Below, in pieces: positions 28,441-41,121 of a stretch of DNA of 64,000 nt. Every line of letters starts with the position of its first letter. Positions within the stretch are counted from its first letter, which is position 1. The position numbers and the translations under genes were made by a program. Source of the DNA: Octopus sinensis (Eukaryota); contig NC_042999.1 of NCBI RefSeq assembly GCF_006345805.1, forward strand, positions 11,222,001 to 11,286,000, in the 5' to 3' direction. The notes beneath the pieces were generated by a model that was not told where the DNA came from, ran no database searches, and saw only the letters and a program-made list of their open reading frames with translations.

Positions 28441-30703
28441 TAATGAATTCAGGGTAGTTTTAGTCTGGTACCTTTTTTTTTTTTCGTTTTTGGATTTGGT
28501 TTGCAAGATTCTTTATGTGAGTTCGTGTGTTGAAGCATATTTTGTTGTGTCTGGGGAGTCATTCTCTTTTGGTGCCTTATAATTTAACACACACACCGGT
28601 AAAATTTCCACTCATTTACTTATGCTTTTTTTTCTATTCTTTTACTCATTTCAGTCATTTGACTGTGGCCATGCTGGAGCACTGCCTTTAGTCATGCAAA
28701 TCAACCCCAGGACTTATTCTCTGTAAGCCTAGTACTTATTCTATCAGTCTCTTTTGCCGAACCGCTAAGTTACAATGACATAAACACACCAGCATCGGTT
28801 GTCAAGCAATGCTGGAAGGGACAAACATACAATGGGTTTCTTTCAGTTTCTGTCTACTAAATCCACTCACAAGGCTTTGGTTGGCCCGGGGCTATAGTAG
28901 AAGACACATGCCCAAGGTGCCATGCAGTGGGACTGAACCCGGAACCATGTGGTTACCACACAGCTGCTCTTGAAAAAGTTGTAAGACGCAACGAAAATTT
29001 TAGAAAAATAAATAAGTAAATGAGTGGAAACTTTGCCGGTGAGTGTGTTAAATAATAAGGCACCAAAAGAGAAAGACTCTCCCCAGACACAACAGAACTT
29101 TTTTCTTATTTTGTTAAATCCTCACAACCACCAAAGATATTAACCCTCCCTCCCCAGTAACTCTCCTCGATTTACTTTTACCATTGGTGCCTCTATGGAC
29201 TCCCTTCTACATTCTTTGGATTCCAAATGTTTTACTCTTAAATATTGAATATTATTATCCCAAGTGGAAAGAGAAAATGTTTAATATGATTCTTTATTTT
29301 AGAATACTTATAGAATGTCTTACAAAAGATTGAACCTGAAGAAATTCAAAATAAAGTGCTGCAGAAGGAATGTTTAGTTAATAATGGCAACGAGAATGGT
29401 GAGATCTTTAAATCAAATGGTCAGTAGGATTTGAGGAAAGTGATAAGCTGTCTGCGTTGGTAAGATTTATAATTCAGGAAAATATATTTATAAATAGTGA
29501 CTAATAGTAATAAGTTTTCATAATAATATTAAGAAGAAATATAAAACACTTAAAACAAAATTCTCTATTAGCAGAACCCTTCATCACTGTGTCATCAAAA
29601 GCTCTCTCTCTCTCTCTCTCCAGGAAACATTGCTTGGTCTGTTGAGTGTATTTGCCAACTAAATTTCTGAGTGGAGAAGAAATAGTTGGAGATAGAAGTA
29701 GTAAGGGAGAGAACTCTTCTCTCGACTGTTGGCCTTCTGAAATCGTAACATTTGATATCTGTTAAAACTGTTTAAATCATTAGGAATTAAAAAAAAAACA
29801 GACATTTCATTTCTAAATCGTTATTTTCTTTCTCTTTTTTTTTTCAACTTTTGGTCTAATAGAAGTGAATATTTAGAATTTATTTTTACATGCTTTTTTT
29901 CTTCTTTTGGCTATTATCAAGAAATAATTTATTGAAAATAAATCCCTTCTCAAACTATTTTTCTTATTTTTTTCTTTCTCTTTGACTAATCTCTTTTCTC
30001 ATCAAGATAATTATCAGTGTTCTTGACAAAGAATAAATTGTTGAATCCAGAGTTATTTTGAGAATTCAATGAAATTTCAAAGGAACTAAATTTGGTGTCA
30101 CTGAAAGAATGTTTGTTTTAGCTTAACAGTATTTTTGTTTTGTGTGTATTTGGTAATTACAATTCCATGTTTGTCAACTGGATTTTGAAGGAATATTCAT
30201 CCTTAGAGTCACCATCTTTCTCCCAAAAGTTCACTGTTTTTGTTTCAATTCATTTTCAAAATAATGAAGAATTTAGTAAAATCTCTTTTGTCATGTGGAA
30301 CATAAAATTAATCTAGAAATTGATGGAAGGTTTTAAGGTTGTTGTTTTTTTAAGACAGGCAGTTTGTAGCATAGAACCTGGGTGCTTTCAGGCAGGTTGG
30401 TATGAAAATGGGTCAAGACCAAAAAAAAAAAATGAATAAAAGACATTTAATGAAACATAAATTTACTGTTGGCTCCCTTTTTCTTTTTGTTGCTATGAGA
30501 AGTTCTTTTCATTTGTAACAGTTTCTAAAATGACTGCCATGGGCAGAGATTTTGTTTTGTGCTTCAGAAGTTTGCTTCCCAATCACACGATTGCAGTTTC
30601 AGTCCCACTCTGTGGCACCTAGGGCCAAGTGTGCCGCTTCTGTTATGGCACCAAACTAACAAAAGCCTTGGGAGTTGATTTAGATTAACAGAAACGGAAA
30701 GAA

Positions 30704-31110
30704 GGGACAAGGTGGTGAAGCCCGACCTTCGAACGTTGGGCCTCACAGAGGCAATGACAAGCGACTGAGACCTTTGGAGATGTGTTGTGCTTTGAGAAGA
30801 CCCAGCAAGCCAAGTAAGATTGTAGCTATGGCCAATGCCAGTGCCACCGGACTTGCACCCGTGCCAGTGGTAAGTAAAAAGGAATCATTTGAGCATGGCC
30901 AATGCCAGTGGCATGTGAAAAGCACCTGTGCCACCTGACTGGCTCCCATGCTGGTGGCACATGAAAAGCACCCACTACACCCTCAGAGTGGTTGGCATTA
31001 GGAAGGGCATCCAGTTGTAGAAACCTTGTCAGATCAGATTGGAGCCTGGTGCAGCCTCCTGGCTTGTCAGTCCTCAGTCATGGGGAGTGGACGTTAAACG
31101 ACGATGATGT
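30704..31110 (+). mobile_element. RTE LINE 3' end continuing into the abundant (GAT)n-tailed repeat
   Basis: ggacaaggtggtgaagcccgaccttcgaacgttgggcctcac matches 38750-38790. It runs on through ggcacatgaaaagcacc modules, aggaagggcatccag and ggacgttaaacgacgatgatg. Confidence 0.75.
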
Positions 31111-32774
31111 GTGTTTGTCTCTCCTTGTCTTGACATTGCGTGATTTGAAGCAGCATCATTCTGCAAGCAAAATGTCTTTCTATGGGAAAATATTACATTA
31201 CGTGGAAACAAGTGAAGATTGGTAACAGGAAGGAACGTCCCCCGAAACCTGCCTCAATAAACTCTGCCGACCCATGCAAGCACAGAAAAGTGGATGTTAA
31301 ATTGATGATGATATCTGGTTAATTGAGTGGTCTTATCAGTGAGCACCTAAATAATTGGCTTATTATAAAAACCGGTTTCACTGTTTCTTATCTTTTTTGT
31401 ACATTTTATATTAAGGATTATAAGTAATCTAAATAAGCTTGATGCTGGTTGTACTAAGCATATAAACCCAACAGATTAAACAAAATTAATACAAGAAGAA
31501 AAAAGTCCCCTTGGTTGGGATCAGCTGATTTTGGTTCAATATTTGCAGGAAAAGTTTGAGCAGGGTTTTTTTTTTTTTTTCTGTTGCCTGCATTCCATAT
31601 TTCTCTGGGGATAAGGAACTTGATAGTCTAACTTGTTAAAATACAACCAGGCATTCTTTAAAGAGAATTGACAAAAAGTTTTGATTTTGAATCTGTGGAG
31701 TTAATGAAAGGAATTAGTGTGTGATTACATTTAACGATTTCTTGAAATGCAACAGAAAGAAGCTACAACAGTGATATTGGTCAATTTGTGATCATCACCC
31801 TTTAATGTGCCGGTTCCAGGCTGGCCTGGATTGGATGCTTTGATAGGACTTTCTGGGCTCCAGCGCCCTTCCTATGGCACGGATGTCTTTCCTAACATCA
31901 GCCCCTTCACAGCATGTTCTGCATGTTTTCATCGTGGTCCCAGCACAAGTGAGTTTATCATGCAACTCGCAAGACTACAAATTTCAAAAGGGGACTGAAG
32001 TATGAAAGAAGGGGCCAAAGCAGAATAGGTTTCTTGTGGAGGGTCCACAGGGCTACTAACATTTTTGAAGAGAGGATCCGAGTGATTGAGTGGAGCTGGG
32101 AAGAGATGTAAATAATGATGGGGTGTCAAGGTAGAAATAAGATGGGGTGTCAGGGTAGAAGAACCAGGAGGAGGGGGTTAGCTGGAAGATATTGTTAAAA
32201 CGAGAAAGCAAAAATGTATTTTTCTCATCCTCCCTCTTCTATAAATAAATATCTGTACACGTCTACCTTGGTACAACGGACTAAAAGCAGGAAACATTGG
32301 TCCAACGAAGCCAATTGTCTGTAGGCACCAACACTAAGGTTCGGGACACTATTTACAAAGGACGGACAGGTGTCCTCACCTTGTTTGTTGTCATCACAGT
32401 GTTTCAGCTGATTTACTCTCCAGCCTTCATCAGGTGTTCTGCTGAAATTTCCAAACCCTAACCTTTATTTGACTAACGGGGTACTCTCTTCTCATTCTTA
32501 AAAGAAATGCTTAAGATAAGACAGAGAACGGCATTAGGGAGTACTGGAGCCTGGCGCAGCCTTCCATCATGCCAGCCCTGGTCAGACCATCCAACCCATG
32601 CCAGCATGGTCAATGGATGTTAAATGATGATGATGCAGCACATATGCTAGGACAGGGCACAATGACCCCCTAAGCAGGCCGAGTGCAGATATGAATGCAA
32701 TATGGGAACCAGTACTGAAAGAAGATGAAATGCTAGGTTTATAAGCCCTAAACTTCACTCTATAATTGCCTAAG

Positions 32775-32940
32775 GGCACATAGTGTAGTGGATAAGAGCG
32801 CAGGCTACTAACCCTCAGATTCTAAGTTCAATCCCAGGCAGTGACTTGGGAAATAATATCAACAGAAAAAAAAAACAGAATACGTTAGGAATGAGAACAG
32901 AGTACCCCATTTGTCAAATAAAGGGTAGGGTTTGAAATCT
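32775..32940 (+). mobile_element. Third tRNA-like head (tagtgtagtgg ... agttcaatccc), part of a head-to-head inverted element
   Basis: Same arm present in reverse at 32340-32501 and 49745-50005. Shared spacer taggtttataagccc at ~32733 and ~50017. Confidence 0.55.
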
Positions 32941-33800
32941 GTGTACAGTGGGAGGGGGTAAGGATGCCACTGAAACCTCATTAAATTCATTTAATATGCT
33001 TTTAAATAGAAACATTTTGATCGAGTTAACAAGTTATAGAAAAATAAATTGCAGATTTTTGGGTTTTTTTTTTTTAAACAGAAGTTTTTGTTCTTTTTCC
33101 TGTGTTTCCGTTAATAGTTTGTCACAACAACTCTTTCTCTTTTCTTTTTTTTTTTTGTATTCTTTATATTTTTCTGCACAAGTTCTGATTTCACAATTTC
33201 ACTAAATGACAATCATTCTGAGATTGCGTTCTGCCCTAACTTGTGTTTGTGACATGACCATCGCCATTTTAATGACCACTTTTCCATGCTTGCATGGGTC
33301 GGGCAATATTTTCCATGGCTGAATGATGCCCTTCCTGTCACCAAACCCCTCTTGTTTGCATGCAAAACAATGTTTCTCTGTCGAACTAACCACCTCACAA
33401 AAACAACTATTAACATTATGATGATCTGTATACATGTGTGTGTGTGTGTGTGTGCCTATATATCTATCTATCTATCTATCTATACCGGCAATATATGGCT
33501 AATATAGGTTAAATGAGACATACCTATCTGCATGGCCGAAACAGCTGTCAGTTATAATGTATATGTATTTTTATATCTTGTTATATTTATTTAGTTATAT
33601 CTCATTATATTGATTGTAATTATTGTACTGTATTAATGTCTAATCTTAATGCTCTTGTGTAGTGTTTTAATAAAGTATATGATTCGGTATTATCTGATAG
33701 TTGATGAATGATTTAGATATATTTCTCCATTTTCTCATTTTGTATATATATATATATCTATATATTTTTTTTTTCCTTTTGTTCTTTTCTAGTAAACACA

Positions 33801-33921
33801 ATGAGTTTGGGGAATGATAAACAAATGGAAACCACCAAAGAGGAATGGATGGAGAAGTTGAACAATTTACACATCACCAGAGCTGATATGAACAGATTGA
33901 TTATGAATTATTTGGTCACAG
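33801..33921 (+). CDS. GID8: GID8/TWA1 coding exon 1 ([41 protein letters not shown]), start of LisH motif
   Basis: ATG at 33801, preceded by acceptor ttttctag (33785-33792), so a non-coding exon lies upstream. Donor cacag|gtgaaa. 121 nt, phase 1. Translation matches the recalled human GID8 N-terminus ([31 protein letters not shown]). Confidence 0.97.
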
Positions 33922-36900
33922 GTGAAATTATTTACCTTTAATTAATTTTGTTTTTCTTTCTTTCAACGTAGCAGGTGTAAAAACAAGGCTGTCGTTGCTT
34001 TTAAAGCTATATTCATACACACACACAGTCATGCTGTTATTTTTGACTTGTTTCAGTCATTGAATTGTAGCCATGCTGGAGCACTACCTGGAAGAATTCG
34101 CTCAAACAAATTGACCCCGGTACATTTTATTTAAAGTAGAAAACCATTTGTCAAGCAGTGGTGGGACACACACACACACACACGTCCAATGGGCTTCTTT
34201 TAGTTTCTATTTACCAAATTCACTGACAAGACTTTGGTTGCTCTGGGGTTACAGCCTGAGGTGCCACACAGTGGGACTGAACCTGAAACCATGTTGTTGG
34301 GAAGCTAATTTCTTACCCACCCACCCAGCCACACAACCTGTAATGATGTCTGGTGCACACTGGATGAGCCCCTACACCCCCCTCTATGTTCTACTGGGTT
34401 AAGTGGGAGAGGAAGAAAAGGGGCTCTCTGTGACTACCATAGGCATCTAAAATGATTAGCCAATGTCCTTTTAGCTCCCTTATTCTCATTTGCTAGTAAC
34501 AACTAAGCTGTGAAGAGATGTCAGGTGGGGGCTCAGGTAGGCTGGACAAATTCCACGACAGATCTAATGTATTGTTTGTACTAAACTTTAGTTTTGTTTG
34601 GAGCTGAGATACCTGAGGAACGACTGGAAGGGAGATTGGTGCCTCAGGTGGATGTTGGAGACATTCGTTACTCTGAGATTAATTATAGATTATTAACCTG
34701 ATCAAATTGTTTAAAAATTGATAATTTAATTTTCTTTCGTTCATATCTAAAATCTTTATTTAAGTGTAGTTAGAGGTAAATTCCTTCCATCACAAAACAT
34801 TCATAGAATACAAGAACACAGTTTCCCTCCCTCAGTTCAGACAGTCACATCCTCCTTCTCCTCCTCCTCCTCCTCATCATCATCATTTACTTTTCCGCCC
34901 CGACTGGCCTCCGTGCCGGTGGCACGTAAAAAGCACCATCCGTTCGTTGCCAGCCTCGCCTGGCCCCCGTGCCGGTGGCACATAAAAAGCACCATCCGAT
35001 CGTGGCCGTTGCCAGCCTCGCCTGGCCCCCGTGCCGGTGCAACATAAAAAGCACCATCCGTCTGTGGCCATTTGCCAGCTCCGTCTGGCACCTGTGCTGG
35101 TGGCACGTAAAGAGCACCCACTACACTCGCGGAGTGGTTGGTGTTAGGAAGGACATCCAGCCGTAGAAACACTGCCAGATCAGACTGGGCCTGATGCAGC
35201 CTTCTGGTTTCACAGACCCCAGTTGAACCGTCCAACCCATGCTAGCATGGAAAACGGACGCTAAATGATGATGATGATTGCTTCGGTCAAACAGTTCCTT
35301 CCTGTTTCCCAAGACCAGAGTATTTTTACATGGAACATTGGAAAGAACAACACTGCTTCTACGATGGTGTGATGCTTCTTTACAACCGTTATATAACGGT
35401 ACTGGTGCCACACACATACACACACACAATGGGCTTCTTTTAGTTTCTGCCTACTGAACCCACTCACAAGGTTTTGGTCCTTCCTGGCCAACAGTTGAGG
35501 ACACATTTGGCCAAAGTGCCATGCAGCAGCTATAATCTCCTGCGAACACTCAACATTGTTTTGTTGACCCAGTCGAGACAGACTTCACAACTCCCCACCC
35601 CCAAGAACTTACAATCCTATTATCACCCCACCAATGCTTCACAACATTGTAAGTCCTGAATTCTGGCCATTGCATCTGGAGTGGAGAGCTTACAATTTTT
35701 TCTCCAAGCTGGCCAATGTCTTTCTAGAACAAATTCGACTTTATATTGCTTGGTTGTTTGTGTGAGAAATGGTGGAAGTCCTATAAATTTGTTGGATGTG
35801 TTTGCCCCTAAGTATTTCGTGTCCTCATCGTGCGCTTGGTGCTTTTTATGTGGCACCATTTTAAAATGTTTGTCTTTCTGAATCATACGAGAGAACTGAA
35901 CAAAAATGCCCAAAAAACCTATTTATTTTCAAACACCTCTCCAACCATGACCTGTACGTTATACATTCTGAGAAAGGAAATGCTTTTCTGCCCTCATCAC
36001 TTAGGACCTCATTTAAAATCATTCCCACAGTTTAGATTGTCATCATTTAACCCTTTCCATATCATCTTGAGGCTGACCTTGCTTTGGTTCTACGACTCAA
36101 AGTTCCTGCTTGAAAGTGATCGTAATTTAAACTTTCCATTAAAATTTCATGTCAATTCTAATCACCAGCTTTAATTATGACAAACTTATTATACAAAATT
36201 CCTTATTATGAGGAAAGTGTGTTTCAGTAGAAATATTCTAGCAACAAGATTGAAGCTACAATTTGTAATTCTGTCTTCTTCAAAGCAAAGCTGAATGCTA
36301 AGCTGTGGGTTACACAAGAAGAGACCACAAAAGCCAACAGCTGTAGTGTTGCAGCTGTAGTGTTGCTTTGCTTGTCTTTGTTCTGGTCCTTCATAAACTA
36401 CAGGAAGAGACTGAGCCCTTGAGATAATCCTACATAAGCTACACTGTCACACTGTAATCCATCAGTTAAACCTAAGCAATGTTATTGTGTAATGTGGTCA
36501 TCAATAAGGGGGAGATGTCCCCTGTATCTGAAACGTTGCGTTTGTAGATGACCCCTACTGTTTAACACGAATACCTACGTGTCATCATATGCTGCTCCAG
36601 CGGAGTTGTCCCCGGTTACACCTTTTTCTTGCCAGAATATCAAGTGAGAAGCTTTACCCACCTCATTCATCATCATCATCATCATTGCTCTAATGTCTGC
36701 ATTTGTTTTTGATGTTTGTGTGAATTCCTTGAAGTAGATTTGCTACAGTCCGATGCCCTTCCTCTTATCAACCCTCACCTGTTCCCTTGAACACCACAAC
36801 TGCATTTTGTCAAGACAAGGGGACACTACACAAGCACATGGTGGGCTTCTTTCAGTTTCCATCTCCCAAATCCACACAAGGCTTTGATTGGTCCTCAGTG

Positions 36901-38523
36901 TGGCCAAAGACCCTTGCTCAAGGTGCCACACAGTGGGACTGAGCTCCAAGCCACATGGGTGTGAGGGGGGGGGAGTGACCATCTCAGTCAGGCAGCCATG
37001 TTGTGCCTCAATTCAAATAGGAAAGAACTGTTGTGAAAGTTTATTCTCAAATCTCTAAAATATCTGTAAATGTTTCAAAACAGATGTTTAGTTCCATCCA
37101 TTTCTCTCTCTCTCGTGTTTAGCTTCAGCTTTGGTTCAGCAGGAGTTTGTACATTAAAACATGAAACCATGGTGTTTGGGATAAATAATTACTAAACCTA
37201 AATAACAGCTCCTGGGGTGTGTGTGTGTGTGTGTGTTGGGGGATTAGGAATCTAGGGGAAGGATTACAGTTTTAGGTAATTCCCTAAACCGATGTCATCT
37301 AAAGACTTTTGCCAGAGCCTAACACTAGAGTGTGGTGGGTGGGGTTTCTGTGTCACTGTATTCTACTAAAGTTAGGGTTTCTGTCTGTGTGATGTGTGTG
37401 TGTGTGGGGGGGGATTGTACTTGTTATACTTGAAATTAAACTGCCATTACTGAATAGTTCCCCCCCACACTCCATTGAAAGGAGGGGGAGTCACCAGCTG
37501 CAACAGATTAGATGTTAAAAATTTTAAAAAAAACCCAAAAATCAAATTTTCTGTAATGTCCACATAAAAATATCTTTCCCTGAACTGTTTGGGTCTTGGG
37601 TCTTCTATGAATGTGACTAAAGTGTTTGCCATCAGTGACCGATGGCTGGTGTATATTTTTGCCAGCACGGGTAATATGGCATCACGCAATAATTAGGATT
37701 TAATTTCATCAACTTTCTTTGTGTTTAATGATGAAATGGAGACTAGTTTCCAAAAGAAACCTTTATGAAAATAAAACCCAATTCCTCATTTCTATAACTC
37801 CCTCCTCCCCCAGCCACTCTCATTTATACCCTTTCCTTATTTCAACATTTTAGTTTTAGGCCGTTGCCAGTGCTGCCTCGACTGGTCTCCATGCTGGTGG
37901 CATGTAAAAAGCACCAACCGATTGTAGGCCGTTGCCAGCCTCCCCTGGCACCTGTGCCGGTGGCACGTAAAAAGCATCCACTACACTCATGGAGTGGTTG
38001 GCGTTAGGAAGGGCATCCAGCTGTAGAAACTCTGCCAGATCAGACTGGAGCCTGGTGAAGCCTCTTGGCTTCCCAGACCCAAGTCAAACCGTCCAACCCA
38101 TACCAGCAGGGAAAGCAGACATTAAATGACGACGATGATGATGTAAATTAATCTGATTGCCCAATGATGGATATTTCTGATCATGAAAGTTCAATAAACC
38201 AATAATATTGGATTATATGGGTTTATTGGGGTGATCTTTGTTTTACTGCATGTTTAGCTGGGGATTTTCTATTCTGGTTTCAGTTTTACTTTAGGCTCAG
38301 ATTGTCCCAAGTTTGCATTAAAACATTGGAGCCTTTTGCATTTTGGCACCAGATTCATTCCTCCTGAAACATGCTGCCTTTGTGTCAATTAATTCTGAAG
38401 ATAATGAAGAATTTAGTTTAAAAAAATAAAAGGAAAGAAACTATTCACTTAATTAATCTGGTTTTTAGAACATGAATAAATGTGGAATTTTGATCAAAGA
38501 TTTTGATTTCGAACATTTTAAAA

Positions 38524-39184
38524 ACAGTATGCTCCAATGGATGTGTAATGTCTGTGTGCATACTCAACAGAGTATAAGTACCTTGAGAGAAAAGTTGGAC
38601 CTAAGAAGCATCAGCTGTGGTGTGCAAGAGAGACGACTGTGCTGGTATGGTCATGTGTTGCGTATGGATGAGGACAGCTGTGTAAAAGTGCCACACCCTA
38701 GCGGTTGAGGGAACCTGTGGAAGAGGTAGACCCCGGAAAACCTGGGACGAGGTGGTGAAGCACGACCTTTGAACATTAGGCCTCACTGAGGCAACGACTA
38801 GTGACAGACCTTTGGAAATATGCTGTGTTTGAGAAGACCCGGCAAGCTAAGTGAGACCATAATCTCGTGGCCTATGCCAGGGGTGTAACCAGCCCACTTA
38901 TACATACCTTTTCTTCATTGGATACTAAACTCTGCTTGCGAAGACCTGTTGAGGTAAGTGAAATCAAAATCAAATTCGATGACTGGCATCCGTGCTAGTG
39001 GAGCGGTAAGAGTACCATCCAAACGTGATCATTGCCAGAGCAGCTAACTGGCTTCCATGCCAGTGGCACGTAAAAACCATCTATTGAGCGTGATCGTTAC
39101 CAGCGTCGCCTCACTGGCACCTGTGCTGGTGGCACATGAAAAAGCATTCGAGCAAGGTCATTGCCAGTGCCGCTGGACTGGCTC
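38524..39184 (+). mobile_element. 5'-truncated RTE-clade LINE (ORF C-terminus + 3' UTR) in GID8 intron 1
   Basis: MLQWMCNV...LREKLDLRSISCGVQERRLCWYGHVLRMDEDSCVK and, after a frameshift, RGRPRKTWDEVVKHDL*, typical of RTE ORF ends. Cut off at 39185 by the inverted duplication. Confidence 0.8.
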
Positions 39185-40924
39185 CTCTGAATTAATCCAA
39201 GTCAGTGTTTACATAATCATTGGCGAAAGCATTAAATGTGTTAATTAGCAATTAGTATTAATAAACACCAGGAGTTTGAGTTGTTTTATCAAAATATATT
39301 TCAGTTGCTTTAATCGAACTGAAAATGTGATTCCGATGAAGGGACAATGTCCAGTTGTAAAGATACTCATGGAATTGGTTTATGTTGGAAAATAATGATC
39401 CTGAGAACAGTATAAGGACAGAAATTAGTGGAGGGCCTGGCTGGATTAAAATAACTCACCACAGAGTTTCAATATAGAATGAAATTTCGTGCTCTGGTAC
39501 TTGGACAATTTGCCTCAATAACGAGAAGAGATGGATGGAAGAAAAAGCACGACACAGCCACACAGTCGAGGGGGTGGGTTATCTGGTGACCCCACTAGTG
39601 TCAGTGTTACGTAAAAAGCACCCGTTACACTCAAGTGTTAGGAAGGGCTTCTAGCCAAAGAAATCCAGCCAAAGCAGAAATTGGAGCTCAATTGGGGTCT
39701 TCTGGCTCATCAGAACTTGTTGAACTGTCTTACAAAGATGGGGGTTCAATGAAGAGGGTCAGTCTGAATTAAAAGTATTACATATCTCTGTCCAACCCAT
39801 GCCAGCATGGAAAACGGACCTTAAACAATGATGATGATGATGATTTCAAACAATTGTGAATTCTTCTCAAAGCCTTCTTTGCTGCCATTTCTAAAGAAAC
39901 ATACTGCAATAATCTCTCCTCTAAAACAATAAGAATTCCTTCAGCCAAAACTAAGTTGTCTCCCTTCGCTCTACAATTAAGAACATTTTCCACTCCCAGA
40001 AAACCTTCATTTAACTTCCTAAATTCTTTCCAAATCATTTTTAACCCCCCCCCTCCCTATCCCTAAATAATATCTGCCAGCATGGAGGGCGGATGTTAAA
40101 CGATGATAATGGTGCTGCTGAAATGCAACTTTAAACAGTTTAGGAAACCTTCAACCATCTGACAAGTTTTTCCCGACCCACTTTTTCTCTAAAAAATAAA
40201 GTTTTAAACAGGCAAAGCAAGCCCCCCCCCCTCTAGTCAGAAAGCAGCTTACATTAGAAGGGAACAATGATTATAATTGAAAAATAACCAAAATTCATTT
40301 TTTCCTCAGAATCCAACCAGACAAAAAATGTTTTTCTTTAATTGCAAAAATAACTTGTTGAACTGTCTTACAAAGATGGGGGTTCAATGAAGAGGGTCAG
40401 TCTGAATTAAAAGTATTACATATCTCTGTCCAACCCATGCCAGCATGGAAAACGGACCTTAAACGATGATGATGATGATGATTTCAAACAATTGTGAATT
40501 CTTCTCAAAGCCTTCTTTGCTGCCATTTCTAGAGAAACATACTGCAATAATCTCTCCTCTAAAACCTTGCAAGTGGATTTGTAAATGGAAATTGAATGAA
40601 GCCCTATTTTGTGTGTCTACCACTGTCTAGACATCGTGTGATGCCTGTAAACAAATATCAACATAATAAAAGTGATTTGGTTTGCTTTCAGTTTTCCATG
40701 CAAACCCAGGCGAGGGTTGGCAACAGGAAGGGCACCTGGCCAGAGAAGAATCTCTCTTAACAATCCCTCTCTGAGCTAAAATGGAAGTGATGATGATGTT
40801 TGTTCTCTGAATTGATTGTTCCTTGTTCTGAAGGAAAGTTTTCATTGTTTACAGTTTTCAGAAATCTGTTTTGCATTTGCCTGGGTTTTTTTTTTTGACA
40901 TATTTTTATATTTGTTTTATTCAG

Positions 40925-41121
40925 AGGGTTTTAAAGAAGCTGCCGAAAAATTCCGAGTGGAATCCGGGATTCAGCCTTCAGTGGATTTGGATCAGCTGGA
41001 TGAGAGGATTAAGATTCGAGATGCTATACAGAATGGTCGTATCCAAGAAGCCATTTCACTTGTTAATAGTCTCCATCCAGAGTTGTTAGACAATGATCGT
41101 TATCTCTATTTTCACCTGCAG
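40925..41121 (+). CDS. GID8: GID8 coding exon 2 ([66 protein letters not shown]), LisH/CTLH
   Basis: Acceptor ttttattcag|, donor ctgcag|gtaaca. 197 nt, restores frame with exon 1 (121+197=318). Lies inside ORF 40816..41160. Confidence 0.97.

Noticed and set aside
32775-32845. Possible tRNA gene
   Set aside because: A/B-box-like motifs are present but the acceptor and T stems do not pair properly, and it continues into a repeat body. Treated as a SINE-like head.
35580-35960. Possible decayed transposase (SPDL/LWG-like traces) in ORF 35623..35913
   Set aside because: Needs several assumed frameshifts; similarity is too weak to support.
36496-36556. ggtcatc...ggggagatgtcccc...GAAACGTT...gatgacc structured motif
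   Set aside because: Flanking stems exist but there is no CTGANGA strand. It cannot be assigned to a ribozyme class by eye; worth including in a covariance-model scan.
40354-40565. Reading the two A-to-G changes as proof of a retro-copied edited RNA
   Set aside because: Only two sites, one of which equals the repeat consensus (CpG decay in the other copies explains it). The copy is intronic and has no poly(A) or TSD.
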